DNA from: Octopus sinensis
Taxonomy: Eukaryota
Reading direction: 5' to 3'
DNA: 64,000 nt
Assembly (NCBI RefSeq): GCF_006345805.1
Contig: NC_042999.1
Location: 60,822,001 to 60,886,000, forward strand
This document shows, one piece after another, positions 37,480 to 50,669 of this stretch (within the stretch, counting starts at the first letter, position 1; the number at the start of each line of letters is the position of its first letter). The notes beneath the pieces were generated by a model, which saw nothing but the letters and a program-made list of their open reading frames with translations, did no database searches and was not told the origin of the DNA. The translations under genes and the position numbers were made by a program.

Positions 37480-39059
37480 TAATCATAGTAACAGTAGAAG
37501 GTACGAACAACCAAAAATCAACAGACACAACCTTTCACTTCAATTTCTCTGTTCTTTTCTCTGAACAGTTTCTCTGAACAGCAGTAAATTATTCAAATTC
37601 TTCTCCATCCACATGTACGTATAGAGGAATATATAGCATATTCCTCTATACGTTTCTTGTACAGAAGTAATCATGCGTTTCTGCAAAAATGCCACAACTT
37701 GGATATTTTGACAACGCCTGAGTAACGCGCAAAGGCTTCCTAGAACATGAAATCGCAATCTCCGTGTTAATAATAGCTACAATAAGGTAGATTGGTTTTT
37801 GGTAGCTCTTCTTTTCCAGCTCTTTTGCTAAACAACATATTGCAATTAATGTGCATACACACATGTGATTTGAGACGGTCGAGAAAGCAGATGTTTGTTG
37901 AAAAATCTCTAGTCACTAATTTTAAATGTTGTAGCCATCAGTGAGACGATAATTTGAACGACTCTTACTATCGTTCTCTGCGACTAGGAGCTTTCTTCAA
38001 GCTCAGATCGCGTAAACTAACTGTTTCGGAAAACTTGTATCTCATTGTAAGCACAATCTTCGAAGATGTGATACTGGATGAAAGTAGCTGTGAATATTGT
38101 GGTGGTCGCTTAAGCCTAGGCTAGGGATGAACGGCCAAATTTACGGAGATATTTAAAATTATATATAGGAACATCTTCATTCGTGGACGACAGACGTAAG
38201 AACTGAGTAGAAGTAACTAATAGGAGAATTATGCAAAAGCCCTCATACTTTTAGGATCGAGCATACCTCAATGGATAATAAAGTATATTCATTATATTTG
38301 CTAATGGAGTATAAGTTATCTATAATTTTGACTAATATGCTGCACTGACCATAATTTTCTTTTTAAATACATATTCAACTAAGGAAAGACAAATAGGCGT
38401 AGACAGGATTCTGAATACTGCATATGGCAAACCGTTTTCAGAAATGGAGCCAGATGTCGGCTTTGCTATCAACAAAAATCAACGAAAGTTACTAGTAGCA
38501 AAGCTGTAGCAATCGAGTACAGTAGATTATAAAAGAAATTACACAATCGGTTAGAAGTGGAAACTAGCATCGTATACAAAGATTAATGGCGGGAGTGGCC
38601 TTTTATAATTTCCTTGTAGTAAAATACGCATGATAGGATGCTTTTGATGGTAGGGAAAATGATCTAAAAAATATAAGATCGAGAAAATTGTTCGATAGAT
38701 TAAAGTGCTAGAGATATAGTATAAAAAAATCTTCGGCCATAAAGGTGCAACAACTTGGCTGTGTTATAAGCAGAAGGGTGCATTTTTTCAGCAAAACATT
38801 GTGCAAATGTTGGCGAAATATTAAAAAGCAGGATGATGATACAAGATCGACACCAAACCAGATATAACAGAACATTTTTTATCGGGAACACCGGTCGACA
38901 CAGAGATAAACACTTTGACAGGATGACTGCCAAAAGGCAAATAACAATGTAGATGGTTCCATGAAAACATTCAGAATACTCTGTAGATTTATCAGTTATC
39001 CAGGCAAATATCAGAATATTGGAACGATGAGCAATGTGTAGGAAAAATTAGCTTCTGAA

Positions 39060-39480
39060 ATATCAAAATTACTCGCTAAACGCACAACACCAACAGTCAA
39101 CACATTTGGCTTCTGTAATTATGGAACATGTATCAAACTCACAGAGGGCGCATAAATTTAAATTTGATGATATTTTCACTGTGAACACGCACTTGTGTGC
39201 CATAGAAGTGATTTATGCTTTTAAATGTAAGGAATGTGACAACGATTACAGAGGACTAAAACACATCTAACCTCCAGGATCACACTCAATATTTATAGGC
39301 ACCGATTACGATTTCCTAAAATCAGACAAAATTTGAAACTTTAGATATTTGTGAAACAAACCAAGTGCTGAGTATTCTCACCTTCCCACATTACATTTCT
39401 CCAGAGAATGCCAAGGATCAAAGTTATCGACTGAAAGAAAAAAGAGAAAATTGTTTATTAAGAAATACCAATGACAGTAA
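39060..39480 (+). mobile_element. Decayed Penelope-like GIY-YIG region
   Basis: Fragments FCNYGTCIKLTEG and EVIYAFKCKECDNDYRG resemble the C..C linker and VIY.I.C..C...YIG of PLE endonucleases; collinear with the 43.5-kb relic. Confidence 0.55.
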
Positions 39481-39483
39481 AAT

Positions 39484-39900
39484 AGGCGCAGGAATGGCTG
39501 TGTGGTAAGTAGCTTGCTAACCAACCACATGGTTCCGGGTTCAGTCCCACTGCGTGGCATCTTGGGCAAGTGTCTTCTGCTATAGCCCCAGGCCGACCAA
39601 TGCCTTGTGAGTGGATTTGGTAGACGGAAACTGAAAGAAGCCTGTCGTATATATGTATATATATATATATATGTGTGTGTTTGTGTGTCTGTTTGTCCCC
39701 CTAGCATCGCTTGACAACCGATGCTGGTGTTTTTACGTCCCCGTCACTTAGCGGTTCGGCAAAAAAGAGACCGATAGAATAAGTACTGGGCTTACAAAGA
39801 ATAAGTCCCGGGGTCGAGTTGCTCGATTAAAGGCGGTGCTCCAGCATGGCCGCAGTCAAATGACTGAAACAAGTAAAAGAGAAAGAGAAAGAGAAAGAGA
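39484..39900 (+). mobile_element. SINE family A, full length
   Basis: aggcgcaggaatggctgtgtgg head, complete body, (gaaaga)n tail. Confidence 0.92.
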
Positions 39901-40163
39901 GACAACCAAAAAGCGAAAGAAAATATATAAAAGACAGACGTTACAATCTGTGCCTCATAATCTCTCGGACAAATACATTCCGATGGCCTCATTAGTGATT
40001 GTGTATACGTATGATTGTGTATGCCGGTAGGTAATCGGTAGGAAGGCATGTAGATGGGTACGTACGTACTTAAGTATGTATGCATCTGTGTATACATTCA
40101 TACACACATATATATATGGATAAACATATATGTATATATATATATATATTATATATATATACA

Positions 40164-40220
<57 letters not shown>

Positions 40221-40232
40221 ATATAAAATACT

Positions 40233-40287
<55 letters not shown>

Positions 40288-40554
40288 TGTATGTATGTTT
40301 GTATATTTTTATGTATATATCTATATATGCATATATAGATATATGGATATACTTATACGTACGAATGTGCTACAGTTCACTGTATAGTTTTCCGCTCTCA
40401 TGTTAATCGCTGTGTTCCTTTATCAATCGCCCGACGATTAATTTGCTCCATGCTGTCCATATAAGCTGCACCTACCGGCTGCATTTGTAGTGAGACGTTG
40501 CATAATCACATACACACATATGCACTCATATCTATATATATATATATATATATA

Positions 40555-40628
<74 letters not shown>

Positions 40629-40631
40629 CGT

Positions 40632-40965
40632 ATTATGGCATCGGGCTGACCAAAACCGTGTGAGTAAATTTGGTAGATGTGGTCTGCCGAAAGAAGCCCT
40701 CTGTATATGTTTGTGTTTGTGTGTGTGTGTTTGTGTGTGTGTGCTTGTACATTTCTGTCCGAGTTTGTACCCACCTCAATGCTTGAAAACCGGTGTTGGT
40801 GTCACTACGTCTTAGTAAAAATTGCGGTACGACAATAGCGAACGATAGTATAAGTACTAGAGTTTAAACAATAAGTCCTGATGTCGATTTGTTTCTCTAA
40901 AACCTTCAAGGTGGTTCTCGAGCATGGACGCAGTCAAATGACTGAAACAAGTAAAAGAATAAAAG
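40632..40965 (+). mobile_element. SINE family A, 3' two-thirds, diverged
   Basis: Body and tail gcagtcaaatgactgaaacaagtaaaagaataaaag. Confidence 0.75.
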
Positions 40966-41027
40966 TATATCTATATACATAGGTATGTATTATATATATA
41001 TATATATATACACATACATACATATAA

Positions 41028-41075
<48 letters not shown>

Positions 41076-41804
41076 TTTTTCTGGAAAAATCGTTCTCTAC
41101 TTGTGATGATCTGTGTAAGGCAGCTCCAGTGAAAGGCTCGTGAACAGCAGTGAGCACACTTCTCCATCATCAGGGCCCTTCGCAATGACATTCACAAGCG
41201 ATGTGCCCTTTCACAGCGATGTGGTCTGTACTCCGTTGCTTTGATTTCCACGGTCACTTTCTTCGGCCTTATCATTGCGTTCCATGACGGTATTGTACCA
41301 CGTGTTGGCATGCAGAATATACTCCCTGAGTTATTCGTCATTTCCGGTGTTGATCTGTGATTGAAGAATAAAAATAAGAACGGCTAACACAAGCTCAAGT
41401 GTCCGGTAAATCAACGAGAATTTTGATATCTTGGCAAACTATTTAGCTGCTCATGTATAATGACTAACCAATATTAATCAAGAATAGAAGGAATTCTACA
41501 TTTCATCCATTACCAGTTGGCCATGAAATATGAGAACTGTTGATTAATATCTTAGTTTAATTATTAGAAAGTTAATTAGCAATATGACTATCAGAAATGT
41601 AAATGTATATCAGCTGCTTCGTCGAAATCTATTATGTTACACACACACACAGACACACACACATACACACACACGCACACATACACACGTGTGTATCTAT
41701 GTTTATGTACAGGTATATACATATATGTATGTCTTTGTATGTATGCATGTATGTATCCATATACGTATATATATATATATACATATATATATATTATATA
41801 TATA

Positions 41805-41835
<31 letters not shown>

Positions 41836-42385
41836 GTGGAATGGATATATAACATAAACATTGACATAATTATCATGATTAACGTGAGCAAACAATATCA
41901 CTGCCAAATAGGACACCCGCTGTTGTATATCAGATTAAATTCCATATCTGTTTCCAATAGTTGTAAAATTACACCAGTTGGTAAATATCAATACTACTAT
42001 GTTAATATTTTGTTTGGACTACATCAACTCTTATATTTGATAAAAAGGGAAAATAGAGATAATTTCTGCAGCTAATTCAAACTAATAAGTGTCAGCTGAA
42101 AACGGAATTTAGCTCGTGCTCGCAGTTAAGAAATCGAGTTTGTGGTCGCAAGACGCAGAGCGAAAACAATTGATATTGGTTTCCATTTGTCTATGAATAA
42201 AGAACGTAAATTCTAAAGCAAGAAAAGGTGGGTATTGTGTCAATTTTCAAGGCGATTAGGTTTTAATGCAATTGAAAAATAAATATCACACCATATAAAC
42301 AGTCTCATTGACAGGAGTGCTAAATCATATGTATATATTTTATATATAGATATATATATATATATATAATATATATATTTATATA

Positions 42386-42882
42386 CTAGCAGTATCGCCC
42401 GGCTTTGCTCGGGTTTGTAAGGGAAATAACTATATAAGCATTTTTTAGAGAGTTACTTCCCTTATAGATGCCAATTCGGGCTTTCTTAGCCATTTTTGTT
42501 TTGGTGTCTTCAAGCCATGAAGTCGTTGTTCTAAAAGAACGCTGGTCTCCTTGACAACGCTTTACACTCCCTTTCCCACAGCTTCACGAGGGCGGGAAGA
42601 AGGGGGAGAAGCAAACAGGTGCAGGTATGACCATGGACGCCAACTCCGCCGCCATCGACACACGAAAAATTATGCATTAAAATGGAATAAAAAATGGTGT
42701 TAAATTATTTTTAAAATCGTAGACTCATCGTAGACGCGCACTAATACTCAGACGGGCTCGATATGAATCACGACTATAAGATACCCGAATTTGGTTAAAC
42801 TGCACCGCAAAATGTGGGAGTAGTTAGGAATCTAAATTGAAGGGGACAGACACTCACACAACTACAGTTTTATATATATAGA
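42386..42882 (-). mobile_element. Non-autonomous Helitron (~500 bp)
   Basis: The minus strand starts TCtatatatataaaac and ends with a subterminal GC hairpin cccgagcaaagccggg followed by CTAG. Inserted between A and T inside a (TA)n tract; no TSD. Confidence 0.85.
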
Positions 42883-43469
42883 TATACACATATACATATA
42901 TATATATATATATATATGCTGCAACACAATTCAAATAAAATAACCGTTGGGATGGCATGAAAAACAGCACACAGTCAATAAAGTCGAGACGTCAGCGAAG
43001 GACTAAATAAGCCACTTGACCATATATGTGAGCGTGCGCACAACACACACACACACACACACACAAAAGGCATGGAAATACATCTCCGATACCTAGTTTT
43101 AAAAGTTCTCACAGGAAAATCACATTGGCGCGTAACGGCATTCACTAGAAAAGATTCAGTTTTAGGATTTATCAAAAAGCATATAAACACACATGCACAC
43201 ACACACACACGCACGTACATAAAACACACACACACACACACACACACCACACAAACACACACACACACACACTAAAGTAAGATTTTCCTGAATTACAAAT
43301 TGTGATTAATCTACTTTTTAAAAAAATTGAAAGATAATATGAATCAGGAGTGCATTAAATTTGTGGAATGCAATGGTTGTATTGTGTATGCGCCTTTTAA
43401 TATTTCAGCTTTTCAAACACACGTGTTATAAGGGATTTTCTAGACGTAATGAGGTAAATGGTTTTAGAA

Positions 43470-44915
43470 GAGAATTGGCTATATCAGGTTTTGATTCCGA
43501 TTCAGAATTTTATAAAATATTCTTTTACCCATCCTAGTTGACCATTTACTTGGTTTTATTTTCCAAAAGAGAGATAAGCTAAATTTTCCAGATGCACAAA
43601 TCTCGTGATGTTCACTCTATGTAACATTTCTAACAAATGGCTCTTTGAATTGTTGCTTATATACTCTAGTTCTCTCTATTCATTTTAAGCTATAGAATTC
43701 TCATTGCATTGCGGGTATGTGATGTAGTGAAGTATTTTGCTTTTGTTTTGCAATTAATATCTGCATTAAAATTCAATTATACCGCAATTTTGAATTTTTT
43801 GTGTTTTTGCCTTATTCAGATTATTCACACGTCTCTCAACTCAGGTTTCCCTTGTTTGTCATATGCATTAATTCTTTCTGTGAAGTGAATTTCGCCTTAT
43901 ATTTTAACAGTCTTACAAACTTTGGTGGATGTCTTCGGCAGTTTGTAATTTGTGATTTCATATTTATTTTTTTTCTGAGATTCGATGAGTTGTTGTGTAG
44001 ATTTGCAAGGTATCGTTTGGTGAAACGTAAGATATACGGTTTCCAGCATTATTAGTGAGTGAAAATGGAATATTTATGTTTCTGCTTTAATCTTCACTCT
44101 CATTGTGACTGTATCTCTGTATGTCAGCGATTGTTATAAGTTCTTTATGATTTACTATATTTTGTTTTAGAAGGTGTAGTTTTAGCTGTACCAGTTGTCT
44201 CTCTTATCTGCTTGGGTTCGTACCACATAAGTCTTGGCCTAAATACATTTAATTTGATATGGAACAGACGACAAGATATGTAATCTAGGTGCTCTGTATT
44301 TTCCTTCCGGTCTCATTTTCCTTAACTAGCAAAATATCTGAAAAGAGAACTTACCATTTTCCTTTCATCAATTCCCACAGTGAACTGGATGGATTCATGA
44401 CTGATATATATATATATATAATTATTATATATATATATATATTTCTGGAAGATTGTGAGATCCTTCTTACTTCAACATCAAAATAGGAATCAGTCATCCA
44501 TGAATCTTATTCATTATTGTCTTAAATATGAATGGCAATACTTATCAAAATAATCCCACGTCTAGCATAGGTATTTTCTTCAAGGATTCCTTTCACATGT
44601 GTTGAAGACTTGCGTGCAGTTATCATATTCAGTGCTGCCCATTTCCTTGAAGGAATTATTTGTTATCAAAATAGTATGTGTTTCCAAGCATCAGTCATAA
44701 TCCTTCCAATGTAAATCCTTTTGGGCATCTCTCCTGAACTCTGTGTGAGTATTTGTCTATCCAGAATCCTACTGTTTGCATTCTATGAACGATATTTCTG
44801 TTGGAGTTGGTTGCGTCGAAACTAATCAGGATTGTCTATAGATTTTCAATTTCTGGAACGCGATTAAGAATATCCACAACATCTCTGATAAATCTAGGAA
44901 CTAAGTTGCATTATG
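43470..44915 (-). mobile_element. Decayed Penelope-like element (RT followed by C-terminal GIY-YIG)
   Basis: Frameshifted minus-strand translation in the expected order: VPRFIRD..DILN, ILISFD, FWIDKY, IRFMDD, HESIQFT, FSDILL, PPKFVRLL..AKFTS, LHYITYPQCNEN, KQQFKEP, SEH..ICA.GKF. Confidence 0.75.
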
Positions 44916-45205
44916 GCTTCTAAATTATATGCAGAATGATTCGGTGGTTGATATCGGTTCTTCAGCAGTTGGTAGTTTGAGTTACATTAGATATTGCATT
45001 GTGTGTGTGTGTGTGTGTGTGAGTGTGTGAGTGTTCGTATATGTGTGTGTGATTGTGTGAGGATGTGCACACACACACATGTGAATATATGTGTATATAT
45101 ATACGCATAAGTTTCGTGTTTTTATGGTGTAATTTTTCGTACCCATATGTGTACAATGGTCAGCACCGTTTATTTTAGCATAAGATGTACTGGCCAGCAC
45201 TCTCC

Positions 45206-45243
<38 letters not shown>

Positions 45244-45475
45244 TAGTAGAATGAGTGGAGTATAATGTGCTGATGAGGTGAAATAACAGCAAAATATCGA
45301 TACCCACCGTTCTAATTCACCTAGGAGACGATACATTTCACCTGTTTTAGAGTTATTCAGTGCATTTAAAACCCGGCGGCGTAAAGAGACTTTTCTTGGA
45401 CAACATACCACAGCTAAAAAGTGTTTAAGCAAAATACATACATTAGATGTGACGTCAATATTGTTTAAATTCTTA

Positions 45476-45682
45476 GAGCTTGCAGAATCGTTAGTGCGGT
45501 GAGAAAAATGCTTAGCGGCCTTTCATCCATTTTTAACTTCTGAGTTCAAATTCTGCCATGATCTACTTTGATTTTATCACTTCAGAGGCTATAAAATGAG
45601 TCCCAGTTGAACAGTAGGGCCTATGTAATTGACTTAACCCCATCCCCCGGAAATGTTGATCTTGTGCCAAAATTTGTAATTT
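45476..45682 (+). mobile_element. Degenerate SINE family C2
   Basis: gagcttgcagaatcgttag, gcttagcgg, gagttcaaattc, tail cttgtgccaaaatttg. Confidence 0.7.
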
Positions 45683-45740
45683 TTATGCTTGTAATTAAAG
45701 ATTTCATATATATTTACATGTGTGTATTGTATGTATGTTT

Positions 45741-46042
45741 AGGTGCATGGCTCAGTAATTAGAGCGGACAGCTCACTATCGTGAGATTGTGAGTTCGATT
45801 CCCGGAACGAGCTGTGTGTTGTGTTCTTGATCAAGACACTTCATTTCATGTTGCTCCAGTTAACTTAGCTGTAGAAATGAGTTGCGACATCCATGGTGCC
45901 AAGCTGTATCGGCCTTTGCCTTTCTCTTGGATAACATCGTTGGTGTGGAGAGGGGAGGCTGGTATGCACGGGCGATTGCCGGCCTTCTGCAAACAAACTT
46001 GCACAGACTTGTGCCTCGGAGGGTAACTTTCTAGATGCAATC
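45741..46042 (+). mobile_element. tRNA-derived SINE, family B2
   Basis: Same head and body as 3566-3894; last ~25 bp missing. Confidence 0.85.
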
Positions 46043-46612
46043 TTCTCCTCCTCCTATTCTACGTATGTATGTTGCCTAACAAATTTATTAATGGACGTGT
46101 GTATTTGGCGGTCAGTACATTACTTTCCCAATGATAAGTAAAGCAATCGTCTCGGTGAACTAGATTGTTCCTGGAAAAATCAAGAGAAATAAATTCCATG
46201 CAGTATGAAAATAAAAAAAATAATAAATGTTAATATAAATTACAGGATATCTTCATGTCTGTTAATATCCTCTTGACATGTTTCTGATTCTATGAAAAAA
46301 ATATATCCATTATATATTCTTTCAGGTTATCAATTTTTACCCTCTATCCTTCCCTCTCGTTACTCTCTCTCTCCTCTTTCTCTCTCTTCCGCCCTTTCTC
46401 TCCCTCTCCCTCAGTCTTAAACTCTCTCATACACGCTCCACTTAAATCTTTAAAGCCTCATTGCCCTTCTATGGTCTCTGTCAGTATTTTTTTCATTTTT
46501 CGAGTCTGCATATGATATATGTTTCACTATATCGATGGTTATATATGAATATCTGCAGAAATGCGCGCGTATATATGTACACATACACGCAAACACAGAC
46601 ACACACACACAC

Positions 46613-46648
<36 letters not shown>

Positions 46649-46699
46649 GCATATACATACATATGTCTATGCCTATCTCTCTCCCGATGTATATATGTG

Positions 46700-46759
<60 letters not shown>

Positions 46760-46774
46760 TGTGTGTGTGTGTGT

Positions 46775-46909
46775 GAAGGCGCGTGGCTTAGTGGTTAGGG
46801 TATTCGACTCACGATTGTATGGTCGTGAGTTCAATTCCCGGTACGCGTTGTGTCCTTGAGCAAGACACTTTATTTCCCGTTGCTCCAGTTCATTCAGCTA
46901 GCAAAAACT
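46775..46909 (+). mobile_element. 5' part of a family B1 SINE
   Basis: A/B boxes and ttgtgtccttgagcaagacacttt, truncated after gcaaaaa. Confidence 0.85.
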
Positions 46910-47789
46910 TACGCTGTAGTTTCGAATACCATTCTTCCTGCTTTGGTCAACAATATAAGGTATCAATCAACAATTTGGGTCGAATATCTTGGCTTGCTTC
47001 TCCTCCACAAGAGGTGCAAGACCATCTACCTCCAAGAAGCAAGTAATATAGCACTGGTAGAAAGAGAAAAGGTGGAAATACCAGACTAGGGCCCAGCTGC
47101 TTTCTAATAAAGATTAAATGTCAAACTGTCGTGTGGCTCTTCTATATATACACACTGGAGTGCCCGCACCACTGTCTCGCATGAGCCAGAAGTAACCCAG
47201 CGTGAGTCTCATGAGAGATTTGTAGAATGGCAACAGCTATTTGTATTTGAAATATTTTCTGCCTCTGAAGAAAAGGGAAAGTTTGGGAGATGCGATGATA
47301 GTGATATTAAAGTTATATTATCACCAGAAAAGTGATGGTTCTCTCTATCTGACTGCAGCTCAGGTTTCATGCGTTGGTATTTACATCATATGATCATTAT
47401 TGGTATAAATGAGGTAAACCATAAATTTCATTAGATATGTGGTCCCATTACAACAAGTCTTGCATAAATGCTTGTGGAAGCAATACAATTATTTTAGTAT
47501 ATTTTGTTAGCACCCACGAACGATCGGGCTTTAGCTAGGAATAGTTCCTCTACGTATTTTGCCGAATCGATTTTTTGTAGGATAATCTTACACAAAAATT
47601 CATCTAAAAAAAAATATATGGTCTACACGAGGTAAATAACACAGAGCTGGTGAACAGAGATGTAATTGCTATTGAAATCCGTCATATCACCATTACAAAC
47701 TGAAATTAGATTTGGCAGGACATGAATTTCATAGGTAAAAATTGAGATGATTCAAAATACATGGTATTTGGTGCAAATGTAGCAAAGTA

Positions 47790-48347
47790 TTGGGTTGTCC
47801 GGAAAATTCGTGCTGATTTTTAAAGGAAAGAAAAAGGTCAATAAATACTTGCCATTACATTTTTAATCAACCAAGTATGAAACATTTTGTTACACAATGC
47901 GTTTCCATCTGTCCTTTAACTTGAAAGTACCCTCTACCCAGAACTGAGGTGATTTCATGGCAAAGAATTCATCAAGGCATCTTCTTGCGTCATCCAACGA
48001 ATTGAATTTTTTACCATTAAAACTATTCTGCAGAGACCTGAATAAGTGGAAATCTGAAGGAGCAATATCTGATGTATATGGAGGGAGGGATAACACATCC
48101 TAGCCGAACTGCAGCAATTTTTGTCTGGTTCCCAAAGCATCAAGTGCGAAAATGAAATTATCTTCCATTTTAAAGGGTTACAGAATTAACACAGGTTATA
48201 GGAACATAAACCTTCTACGAAATGATAACTTAAACTGTGCTCAAAATGGAGGTGAAGTCAAATCCTATTTTATGGACTCAACCATGTTCTAAAATAAGTC
48301 GAAAGATAAGCTACTATAAATCGGCACGAACTTTCCGGATAACCGAA
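47790..48347 (-). mobile_element. Internally deleted mariner (558 bp)
   Basis: TA flanks, ~30-bp TIRs (ttgggttgtccggaaaattcgtgctgattt / ttcggttatccggaaagttcgtgccgattt). Retains the C-terminus PPYTSDIAPSDFHLFRSLQN...RWKRIV (YSPDLAPxD motif). Confidence 0.9.
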
Positions 48348-49269
48348 TATTATTGACACACTAATGAAAGTTGGGTACGTGATTTTGAATACTGTATATT
48401 TTGTTGATTTTTATCTAATATATTGCAAAATGAAACTCAAGTCATTCTGCTGTGACCAATGAGCCAAAGAAGCAATATTTTTATCAACTCTAAAGAATAT
48501 ATCGTTACTTTCCTCTTTACATACATGTATAATAGATTTTAAAAATAATTTCCAACGACTGGAAGATGAGATTGTATATAGCTGCAATAAATAATAAATA
48601 AGGATCGCAGAAAAAACCAAAAATACCGATATATATAAACATTAACACATAAACGTGTTTGTATGTATGTGGTTCTGAATTTGTGGATAACTTCACTGAC
48701 AACAGTTTTGTACGTGTGTACATGTGTACGTGTGTCTCTTTGTGCTTGTATGTATATATATATGTGTGTGTGTATGTAGATATGACTGTATATAGATCTA
48801 TATGTGTACCCACTTCCATGCTTACACCCTATTCCACACACATAGAGTTACAGAAAGATATTTCATATTAGTGCGACGAGAATATTATCTTTGTGTATAA
48901 AATACAAAAAATAACTCAAAAAGAGATAGGAAATGCCACTTCGCTGTGTAGTATACATACCAATGCAAAAACTGCTACCAGTATCTGGGGGAAATAAAAC
49001 AAAATATGTTATACATGCAGAAAATAATACACACATACATACATATATATATATATACATACATACATACATACACACACATATATATATATAATATTTC
49101 TTCATTCGCTTATTATTTTTCTTATTTTATTATTCTAACGCCTGCCCATTTTCGGGAAATCTTTCGTCACACATCTGTGACCGCTTCAACAACACTTTTC
49201 GTTTCCGTGAGTGTCCTCGCTCCACTTACTTCCTTCACGAATTGATAAAGTATATATATATATATATAT

Positions 49270-49303
<34 letters not shown>

Positions 49304-49322
49304 ATATTATATATATATATAT

Positions 49323-49382
<60 letters not shown>

Positions 49383-49390
49383 TATATATA

Positions 49391-49578
49391 CTTTATTTAA
49401 AGCAGCAGAAAATTCGGTTCTATTCTAGCAAAAACTGTCCGACGAACGGGAACGTGAAACTCAGAGTAACAGGTATTGTTGAATTTTCTGCTGCTTTAAA
49501 TAAAGCATATTACTCTACCACTGGTATTTGAGTACTCCTTTTTCCACCTTGTTTCACATTTATGTGTTTACTCCGGTA
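49391..49578 (+). mobile_element. Penelope-like terminal repeat with short inverted arm and hammerhead motif
   Basis: ctttatttaaagcagcagaaaattc (49391-49415) is the reverse complement of gaattttctgctgctttaaataaag (49481-49505). Same tail as 6578-6678. Confidence 0.7.
49435..49472 (+). ncRNA. Minimal type I hammerhead ribozyme motif (core CCGACGA variant)
   Basis: Stem I CUGU/ACAG; core C-C-G-A-C-G-A; stem II ACG-GGAA-CGU; GAAA; stem III ACUC-A-GAGU; predicted cleavage after GUA at 49468. Folded by eye; activity untested. Confidence 0.6.
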
Positions 49579-50384
49579 GATATATATATATAAATATATA
49601 TATATATATTTACATATATATGCATATATAATTCCTTATTAGAGATCTTTCCTTTTATCAGAGGGGTGTAGTTATTCGAAGTGCAGCTCCCATTTTTCTA
49701 TGTCACCGATTGGCCTTAGTAAAATTCAGGGTCAATAAACACGGAGAGAAATGAAGGGGCCAACTAAAGTGATTTGTGCACTACAAACATGAAAACATCT
49801 TATCAATAAACTGAGTATCGATAGATTATTAATAGAATCACCTGCATCACAGCTGGCTTCGATGCACTTCCCGGCCGGTGCAAGCAACTTTTTGAGTATT
49901 TATTTTGCTTTTCTAGGCTATATTCCAGCATGGCCGCAGTCCAGTGGTTGAAACAAGTTAAATGTAAAACGCTAAACAAATGCTACGTAGTGTATCTCGG
50001 GGAGCAAACAGATTTTATGAATGCTGAAAGCGTTAAAGAAAAACAAATCTATGTATAAATCAATATTTCTGCTAGGATGTGACTGTATTTTGCAAACAGA
50101 TCATGTGACACACTAATTCGGTTTACATTCGAGAAAACGAGACACGTGTGCAAGGTGATAAATAGCTGGGATATGAACGGTCACGAAAAATCGGGAAGAG
50201 AATATAGTTTCCGGTTAAAGCGGGGTTGTTTGTATATGACTATGTATATATGATGTATAATATGTATGTATACATGGACGCACTCACGTGTGTGTGTATT
50301 TCGATATACATATATATATATATATTAAAAGAAAAGTATATATACATGGATGTATATTCTTTTGTTCGTTTATTCCTTTATTCT

Positions 50385-50582
50385 ATTACTTCTTGCAGTC
50401 ATTTCAGTGTGGCCAGGCTGGAGCACTGCCTTGTAGTGTTTTTGTCGAAGAAATCAACTCGAAGGCCTTCATTTTAAGCCTAGTATTATTTCTATCGTCT
50501 CTTTTGCCGAACCGCTAGGTTAAGGGGAACGTAAAGACACCAACATCGGTTGTCAAGCGATGGTGGTGGGACAAAGACACTC
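50385..50582 (-). mobile_element. SINE family A, 3' half
   Basis: Tail and body up to gggacaaagacac, then dissolves into (TA)n. Confidence 0.75.
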
Positions 50583-50669
50583 ACATATCAATATGTATAT
50601 ATATACGCAAATATATATATACAAAATCTATAATCAATATATATATACAAAATCTATAATGTGCACCCT

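Noticed and set aside
41100-41355. Cys/His-rich minus-strand segment (RPHRC..KGHIACEC, KCAHC) after a good acceptor site
   Set aside because: The motifs are spread over three frames with stops. It may be a decayed retroelement zinc knuckle; the passing resemblance to a cystine-knot tail is not supportable.
46913-47053. 141-nt minus-strand candidate exon with a strong acceptor (ttttctctttctaccag) and donor (gtaagt)
   Set aside because: All three frames contain a stop, and the donor coincides with the edge of a SINE fragment. It could only be non-coding; no evidence without RNA-seq.
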